64,000 bases of DNA from a virus, in the IMG/VR virus record IMGVR_UViG_3300045988_144682; one strand, given 5' to 3'. The notes beneath the pieces were generated by a model that worked only from the letters and a program-made list of their open reading frames with translations, was not told the origin of the DNA and did not search any database. Position numbers and translations under genes: made by a program. Of the stretch, positions 58,012 to 64,000 are shown one piece after another; positions within the stretch are counted from its first letter, which is position 1; every line of letters starts with the position of its first letter.

Positions 58012-59070
58012 ATGTCAAGTAATAACAACTATTATGAATTTAAGGATGCGAAAGTTGCAATTGCAATGGAGCTTGTAAAAAGAGGTTGGAAACTGTACGG
58101 TTTTCATGAGGATGAAAGTGACTGGATGACAGATTATTGGAGTCCGGCATGGTGGGAAGGAATTGCCACAAAAGATGGCTTTGTAGTAGTTGTTGATTGC
58201 CGTTGGAATGATAAAAGTGGTAAAGAAATCATTCAGCATATCTATAATAGTGAAGAAGTTATTCTTTCAGCGAAAACAAGAAGCCTGATTGAAAGACTTT
58301 CAGAAGTTAGACAAGATCGTGGGGCATCTGCAGCGGAAGAACAGACAGCAAAAGCGAAAATTGAAAAGCTGAGAGCGAAAGCTAGTAACCAGACAGAAAA
58401 AATAAAAGTGACAGACCGTTATCCAGAATATCAGCCGAACCCACCTAGAATGTCGTGGCATGTTGAAAAAGATGGTGTTATCATTGCAAAAGGTAACGGA
58501 GTCGCAAAGTTTTCTGATATGAAATACTTTGATAAAGAAGGTTATGAAAAAGACTTGAAGGAATGCGACAAAGACAGCTATAGATATGAAAGAGCTGAAA
58601 AACTTCTGAAACTGGCAAAACAGTTTGAAAAGTTCATGAATAAAATTGACTCTGCTGCCGGTTGCATGATCGGTGGAAATGGTAAAGCATATGTATATAC
58701 TAATGTTGAGACAGTGGAATATAAAACGGAAAATAAAGCCGTTGAATGCCCTGGATCATTAAGGGCTAATCAGTGTTTTGTCGTAAAATCATGCTTTAAT
58801 CATGGTATTAGCAAAGGTTATGTATACCAGTTAAACGAGCATGAAGGTGTGAACGGCGAAAAGTATTATATTGCATACCGACTTGACAAGAAACTGAAAA
58901 AGCAGTTGACGGGAAACGCTAATCCGGCGAACTGTTTCGGATATATTTCAGGATCTTACAAAGAAAGATTTTTGAAATGGATTGAAACTGGCGCACTTGC
59001 ATGGTGTGAGATTCAGGAAGTTAAAACGCCGTATAAAGTGCAGAAATGTGTTAAAAAGAAAATTGGATAA
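58012..59070 (+). CDS. hypothetical early protein (352 aa)
   Basis: ATG 8 nt after GGAGG. Largest early ORF. No domain recognised. Confidence 0.6.
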   Translation: MSSNNNYYEFKDAKVAIAMELVKRGWKLYGFHEDESDWMTDYWSPAWWEGIATKDGFVVVVDCRWNDKSGKEIIQHIYNSEEVILSAKTRSLIERLSEVRQDRGASAAEEQTAKAKIEKLRAKASNQTEKIKVTDRYPEYQPNPPRMSWHVEKDGVIIAKGNGVAKFSDMKYFDKEGYEKDLKECDKDSYRYERAEKLLKLAKQFEKFMNKIDSAAGCMIGGNGKAYVYTNVETVEYKTENKAVECPGSLRANQCFVVKSCFNHGISKGYVYQLNEHEGVNGEKYYIAYRLDKKLKKQLTGNANPANCFGYISGSYKERFLKWIETGALAWCEIQEVKTPYKVQKCVKKKIG

Positions 59071-59100
59071 AACAAACTATAATAAATGAAAGGAAGATAA

Positions 59101-59130
59101 AAGAGTGGGACAATACCCACTCTTTATATA
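59101..59130 (+). terminator. possible terminator hairpin
   Basis: AAGAGTGGG-ACAATA-CCCACTCTT. The T tail is weak. Confidence 0.35.
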
Positions 59131-59135
59131 GAGAG

Positions 59136-59669
59136 ATGACAGCAAGAACAGCAAGGGTTTTATATGACACAACAAAAACAATCACTGTAGTAAGTGGCAT
59201 TATAGGCGGTATATTAACTTTTATCGCTGCTGGTATTTCAGACAATTATACATTAGTGGGGCAAGCAGTTCCGGGAGATTATGATTTAAAGATAATACAT
59301 ATAGCGTTTTTTATTATGGCTATTGCTATTTTAGGGATTTTTATAATGGATCACGCTTTATTCGATGCAATGTATGACTTGGAAAGAGTGCCGGTTAAAT
59401 ATAGTGAATATATTGGTTGTTGTTTAGAGCGTAACCAGATATTTGATAGACAGATAAAACAAGCACTTGACAGGTACTATAATTTGGATTGGGGTATGGT
59501 AGACCGTTGGGACTCGAAAATAAATGACGATGCGGTAGAAAATGGCTATGATCGTGTCCGTGGGATTTATCAAACCATATTAGGAAAAATATTTATTGTT
59601 ACAGATTCAGAAAGATACGCAACAACTATATATTCTGAAAAGGAATATCTGAAAGAAATAAATTACTAA
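59136..59669 (+). CDS. membrane protein (two TM helices)
   Basis: 177 aa. RBS is weak. Confidence 0.5.
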   Translation: MTARTARVLYDTTKTITVVSGIIGGILTFIAAGISDNYTLVGQAVPGDYDLKIIHIAFFIMAIAILGIFIMDHALFDAMYDLERVPVKYSEYIGCCLERNQIFDRQIKQALDRYYNLDWGMVDRWDSKINDDAVENGYDRVRGIYQTILGKIFIVTDSERYATTIYSEKEYLKEINY

Positions 59670-59682
59670 AGGAGATTGAAAA

Positions 59683-59871
59683 ATGGAAAAAGACAAGAGC
59701 ATTCATAAAACAAGTACAGGAAAGTTATTCCAGTTGATAGATTTAGAAGGGAATCCGATTGACTATGTAAAGTGTAAGGGTATTTTTACACGGTCATATA
59801 TGGCAGCATTAGAAGTTGGTCAGGCGTTAAGATCTTCCGATAACGGTATGATGTTAAAGCGTATTCAGTAG
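59683..59871 (+). CDS. hypothetical early protein
   Basis: 62 aa with an AAGGAG RBS. Confidence 0.5.
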   Translation: MEKDKSIHKTSTGKLFQLIDLEGNPIDYVKCKGIFTRSYMAALEVGQALRSSDNGMMLKRIQ

Positions 59872-59880
59872 GAGGGTTTT

Positions 59881-60471
59881 ATGTCAGCAAGAATTTTAGT
59901 TGCCGGTAGATCTGAAATATGCAGAGAATTATTTAATGATCCAGAAGCATATGGTTCACGTATAGCCGATAGATTATCATGTATCAATAAGCCAGCCGGT
60001 TGTTTATGGGGTTCTACATTACTTCATAATGGAGGATATCCGTCTGATTGGTTAAGATGGGTAGCAAGTGAAGGGTTTATGCTTAATAAGTATAGCAGCA
60101 TGGCGGTCAGCTTCAAATTGAGCAGAAAAGCCAAAATTTGCACGATTGACACAGTAGAAGATTATCATAGATTGATGCGAAAATATGCAAAACCTAAATA
60201 TGAAAATAGTGAGTATAGCAGTTTGTTTAAAGAAAAAGTAATTGACTGGAAAAAGTTATCGAAAGATTATGATGCTTTTCATTTGACAGAACGGGCATTT
60301 TGGGAAATGCGATTACCACTATCTAATATATTGGAGTGTGAGGATGGTAGCGAATTATGTGATTTCTATTCATACGATTGTGAAAGTTGGATTCTTTTCA
60401 ATTTAGATTGTATTAACTGGGGATCGGTTATCAATCAAGATGTGAAAATAAAGTCTTTGTATGATGATTAA
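59881..60471 (+). CDS. hypothetical early protein
   Basis: 196 aa with GGAGGG RBS. Confidence 0.55.
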   Translation: MSARILVAGRSEICRELFNDPEAYGSRIADRLSCINKPAGCLWGSTLLHNGGYPSDWLRWVASEGFMLNKYSSMAVSFKLSRKAKICTIDTVEDYHRLMRKYAKPKYENSEYSSLFKEKVIDWKKLSKDYDAFHLTERAFWEMRLPLSNILECEDGSELCDFYSYDCESWILFNLDCINWGSVINQDVKIKSLYDD

Positions 60472-60497
60472 GGAAAGAACAAGGAGGGAAATAAGCT

Positions 60498-60662
60498 ATG
60501 GAAAAATGTGCAATTTGGAAAGATCATAAAGTCGTTGGTTATATTGATTTAACCGAAGAACAGAAAAGAATCTTGAATAAAGTTCCTGGAATTGGCGTAT
60601 ATTTTGGATTTGACAGAACAACACGCCCAGAGAAGTATGCAGAAAGTTATAAACAAACGTAA
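60498..60662 (+). CDS. possible 54-aa protein
   Basis: ATG 9 nt after AAGGAGGG. Below the ORF-track size cutoff. Confidence 0.45.
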   Translation: MEKCAIWKDHKVVGYIDLTEEQKRILNKVPGIGVYFGFDRTTRPEKYAESYKQT

Positions 60663-60669
60663 ATAAAGA

Positions 60670-60698
60670 TTGACATTACACAACTTATAATGTATAAT
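60670..60698 (+). promoter_or_regulatory. early promoter P8
   Basis: TTGACA-17-TATAAT with TG. Confidence 0.75.
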
Positions 60699-60728
60699 AG
60701 GATTATAAGTTAAGGGAGGAACAAACAC

Positions 60729-61811
60729 ATGAAAAATCAGTTAGAAAACAATGGATCATATTTAGGTTTCACAGATAATAAGACAGCTTTACAGAAAGCA
60801 AAAATTGAGAGCTGCCTAGATAAAGTATTTAGATACAGTAATGGTATTATGGCAAGAAAAGATGCTATGCTTTATGGTCTGAGAAATGGCAAAAAGCCGG
60901 AAGTTGCCGATGAAGTAAGAGGAAACGGCACTGTTAAGAAATCATATCGCATGGCATGGGACAACCTTTATAATGATATCACGAAAACAGAATATGATTT
61001 TTGTATTTATCTGATAGAACATGATCTTGTTTCTGAGGAATCTGTAAATGCTTTTATTGAAGCAGAAAACCAGGAAAAAGAAAGAGCTGCGGAAGAACAG
61101 AGAAAAGCGGAAGAAGCAGCCAAAAAAGAAGCTGAAAGAACTAAAATTGAAAAGGAAGAATTTAAAATCTGGCTTGCAGAGGCTTCAAAAATGTATAGTG
61201 GTACAACCAGAGGAAATTTAGTTGAACGCATTTATCTTGATGTATACGGCGAATTTCGTTTTCCTTTACGAGCTTTTGAATTATTGGTTTGTATTGATAA
61301 TATTGAAAAGGTATTATGCCGGGAAGAGTTACAAGCACGTTTACATACAGATAATAGAGCAAGTCGAAAAGTATTTCAGTGTGTAACAGGTTTGAAGCTG
61401 CCAAACACAAATAGAGATACAATGGCATTTTTGGATAGTGTACAGAAGAGTGACTATCAGGATGCAGTTGAATATAAAACACGTAAGAAGCCAGAAAAGC
61501 AGCCGGAAGCAGAGAAAGAAAAGTTCTATGTGCTTATGGGTACAGAAAAAGGGGAAAGAGAATATGTACCAGTAATAGGCAGTAAAATTGAATATCATGG
61601 TATAGAAATGTTTATTCATGAAACGCCAGACGGTAAAATTGCTATTTCATCTATAAAATGTGGTTTACGGATGGCAACCGGCAATAACAAGACAGAAGCA
61701 ATTAAGGAAATGAAAGAACTTTTTAAGAAAATGGATATTGATACCATAAACAGTAGAATTGATGAGATTGCAAGCTATTATGGTGTTAGCCCATACTTAA
61801 AACAAGCATAA
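60729..61811 (+). CDS. hypothetical early protein with central charged coiled coil
   Basis: 360 aa with GGGAGG RBS. Confidence 0.6.
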   Translation: MKNQLENNGSYLGFTDNKTALQKAKIESCLDKVFRYSNGIMARKDAMLYGLRNGKKPEVADEVRGNGTVKKSYRMAWDNLYNDITKTEYDFCIYLIEHDLVSEESVNAFIEAENQEKERAAEEQRKAEEAAKKEAERTKIEKEEFKIWLAEASKMYSGTTRGNLVERIYLDVYGEFRFPLRAFELLVCIDNIEKVLCREELQARLHTDNRASRKVFQCVTGLKLPNTNRDTMAFLDSVQKSDYQDAVEYKTRKKPEKQPEAEKEKFYVLMGTEKGEREYVPVIGSKIEYHGIEMFIHETPDGKIAISSIKCGLRMATGNNKTEAIKEMKELFKKMDIDTINSRIDEIASYYGVSPYLKQA

Positions 61812-61830
61812 ATAAATGGAGGAATACAAA

Positions 61831-62697
61831 ATGGGAATTGCAGATAAATTCGGAAACTTTCAAATTAAGAAATCTGACAGAATCAGCCAGGAAGATCAAG
61901 CTTGGTTGACTCACAGAGAAGAATTATATAAACGAGCGATTGCAGTTTACAAGTCTGTTTATGATATCTACAAGGCAGAAAATGAATCATATTCAGAAGA
62001 AGACCGCAAAAATTACAAGTATTCTTCTTTTTTAGTCGGGAATTTTGGTGTCCCAAAATCGCTTTCTGATGTTCAGAATAGTTATATAAGTGGTATTTTC
62101 AGTTACTTTTCAAATAAGTATAATGTGCAACTTGAAAACAATTTTGATAGATATGATCTGGATAGAGAATATTACAGATACAATGACTCAGATCATATCA
62201 AAGAGCTTGTTGTTGACTTCATCGACTACCATGCAGTGCTTGACAAAATTTTTGACCAGTTAGGCGGTATGAGTTTTGAAGAAAAGGCTATCAAAGAAGT
62301 AAAAGATAAATTGAAAGAAAAATGTTACAACGGCTATCGTGATACATGGGAAATTAAAGTAAAAGGTAATAAATTCACATATACAGGCGGTTATTGTAGC
62401 AAAGATAAATATTTTGATTATTACAATTTCGGTAGTACAGAATGGTTACGTGCTTTTATTGATGCGTTGGCATTTAACACATATGGAGAAAAAACACAAG
62501 TTTATTCACTGAATCATCTATATAGTTCTTATTCTATAAGACTTGAAGAGGATGATTTTCAAAATGGATTTTCAGCACCAGAGGTCGGAGTCAAGCATGT
62601 CAAACTCTTCAAGAATGGAAGGATTGATGTTACTTTTACAGATGCAGAATTTTGCCGTAAATTTGCAAGAGAATGGTGTGGTTATACACTTATTTAG
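61831..62697 (+). CDS. hypothetical early protein
   Basis: ATG 8 nt after GGAGG. 288 aa. Confidence 0.6.
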   Translation: MGIADKFGNFQIKKSDRISQEDQAWLTHREELYKRAIAVYKSVYDIYKAENESYSEEDRKNYKYSSFLVGNFGVPKSLSDVQNSYISGIFSYFSNKYNVQLENNFDRYDLDREYYRYNDSDHIKELVVDFIDYHAVLDKIFDQLGGMSFEEKAIKEVKDKLKEKCYNGYRDTWEIKVKGNKFTYTGGYCSKDKYFDYYNFGSTEWLRAFIDALAFNTYGEKTQVYSLNHLYSSYSIRLEEDDFQNGFSAPEVGVKHVKLFKNGRIDVTFTDAEFCRKFAREWCGYTLI

Positions 62698-62707
62698 GAG
62701 GAATCAT

Positions 62708-62914
62708 ATGCACGACTATAAATGGCATAAGGTCAGTGAAATGCTGCCGGATAAATGTGGAATTTATGATGTTAAAATCAAGAATTGCTATGATGAAATT
62801 GTAGAAGTCAAAGCATTATATACATATACAGTAGATGAAGGTTTTACATTTTGCCGGTATGGTAGCACGATAACAAATGTAATTGAATGGAGATATACAA
62901 GTCATGAAGTATAA
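62708..62914 (+). CDS. small phage protein, DUF551-like
   Basis: ATG after AGGAGG. The W-x-KVSEMLPD pattern is typical of DUF551. Confidence 0.5.
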   Translation: MHDYKWHKVSEMLPDKCGIYDVKIKNCYDEIVEVKALYTYTVDEGFTFCRYGSTITNVIEWRYTSHEV

Positions 62915-64000
62915 ATGTACCAACGAAGTAATCCCACAGGAAATGAGGGAAGATATCAACACAAAAATTGAATATATTGTAAATAATGATTTGCCAGAAG
63001 CAGAAACAGGCATTTCAAAAGATGATATTTTCAATGCATATACTGGATTAGGTGGGCTTCACGGTTTAGAGTTCAACAACTATGATAGTTACTATGATTA
63101 TCAGAGAGCGAAAGCAGATATTGAGCAAGGGCAGTTCTTTACGCCTTATAAGCTGGTTGAATGGATTTATAATTGCTTACATATTTCAAATACTGATTTG
63201 GTAGCGGATCTTACTTGTGGTCATGGTTCATTTATCAGTTGTGCGCCGGTTGAATCAAATTTTTACGGTTGTGAATTGGACGGAAAACCGTACAGAGTGG
63301 CAAAATACCTTTATCCTGATGCGAAACTGGAAAATACAGATATTCGCTTTTATGAGCCGAAAGTTACATTTGATTATGTTTTGGGAAATCCACCATATAA
63401 TTTGAGATGGAGAAAAGACGATAACAGTTATTTATCAGAATATTATTATTGTCTGAAAGCTGCGGAACTGTTAAAACCAGCCGGAATTATGGCTATTATC
63501 GTGCCTATGTCATTTTGTGCTGATGATTTTTCTGATGGTGGTATGATTGACGGAATGAACGAACATTTCAATTTTATCTGCCAGGTAGAACTTGACAAGA
63601 ATACTTTTAAGCATTTGGGTGTTGAGAACTACAAGACCAAAATAGTATTCTTTCAGAAAAAATCTGAATATACGAAAGAAGTTCCATATAGTACAGAGAT
63701 ACTTTCCGGCGTTACTTCCGATGAAGTATGGGAGCAGTATTTAAAGCCTATTACAGAAGAAAGAGAACAGATTAAAAACAAGATTTTTCTGGAAACTGTA
63801 AGAAATAGTAAAGACGATGAAGCGTGGAGCTTTAAGGTTGAGAAACTTCTGTATGATATCAAACGAAATCCGAAAACATGCAGCCAGTATGCAGAATGTT
63901 GTGAATATGTCAATAGATATAAGATACAGAAAAAGCCGGATCATATCAAATGGGACGAGTGGGAACAACTTAAAATCAAGCCGAAAGACGTTATTAAGCA
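62904..64000 (+). CDS. N6-adenine DNA methyltransferase, 3' end beyond window
   Basis: Frame is open from ATG 62904 to the window edge; I translated it by eye. Motifs: QFFTP, motif I DLTCGHGSF, motif IV GNPPY. Confidence 0.8.
   Translation, partial: MKYKCTNEVIPQEMREDINTKIEYIVNNDLPEAETGISKDDIFNAYTGLGGLHGLEFNNYDSYYDYQRAKADIEQGQFFTPYKLVEWIYNCLHISNTDLVADLTCGHGSFISCAPVESNFYGCELDGKPYRVAKYLYPDAKLENTDIRFYEPKVTFDYVLGNPPYNLRWRKDDNSYLSEYYYCLKAAELLKPAGIMAIIVPMSFCADDFSDGGMIDGMNEHFNFICQVELDKNTFKHLGVENYKTKIVFFQKKSEYTKEVPYSTEILSGVTSDEVWEQYLKPITEEREQIKNKIFLETVRNSKDDEAWSFKVEKLLYDIKRNPKTCSQYAECCEYVNRYKIQKKPDHIKWDEWEQLKIKPKDVIK

Overview
AT-rich segment of a tailed phage or prophage, siphovirus-like and probably from a low-GC Firmicute. 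All calls are by eye; no searches were run. It has three blocks. (1) 1-37715, minus strand, is the late structural operon. Read right to left it encodes a small-terminase candidate, TerL, portal, scaffold, decoration protein, major capsid, connector proteins, a Big_2 major tail protein, a tail chaperone and an embedded tyrosine recombinase. Next comes a giant tape-measure gene that I read as split by a ~1.04-kb group I intron. A 27-bp stem in that intron encloses an antisense gene with its own promoter, encoding a zinc-ribbon / L7-L12-CTD protein. The operon continues with Dit, a 2292-aa Tal-like protein with collagen-like duplicated modules, an S74-chaperone tail fibre and a complete DGR (target-Avd-TR-RT; 113-bp TR/VR, 14 of 14 differences at TR adenines). 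(2) 37767-48916, minus strand, holds an array of 20 tRNA genes behind a sigma-A-type promoter. A beta-CASP metallo-beta-lactamase nuclease gene sits inside the array. Five tiled stem-loop RNA modules, whose closing stems covary and whose loops start with ACAGCAAA, fill two of the tRNA-free gaps. Beyond the array lie a metallophosphoesterase, a Zn-rich protein and a YonO-like single-subunit RNA polymerase (DFDGD). (3) 48965-50240 is an ori-like intergenic region: TA-only blocks flank GTTCGG / CCGGAA iteron-like repeats. 50241-64000, plus strand, is the early region. It has nine TTGACA / TGnTATAAT promoters, seven of them with a conserved CA-rich leader. It encodes about 29 small ORFs, including a J-domain protein, two lipoproteins and membrane proteins, plus a partial N6-adenine methyltransferase.
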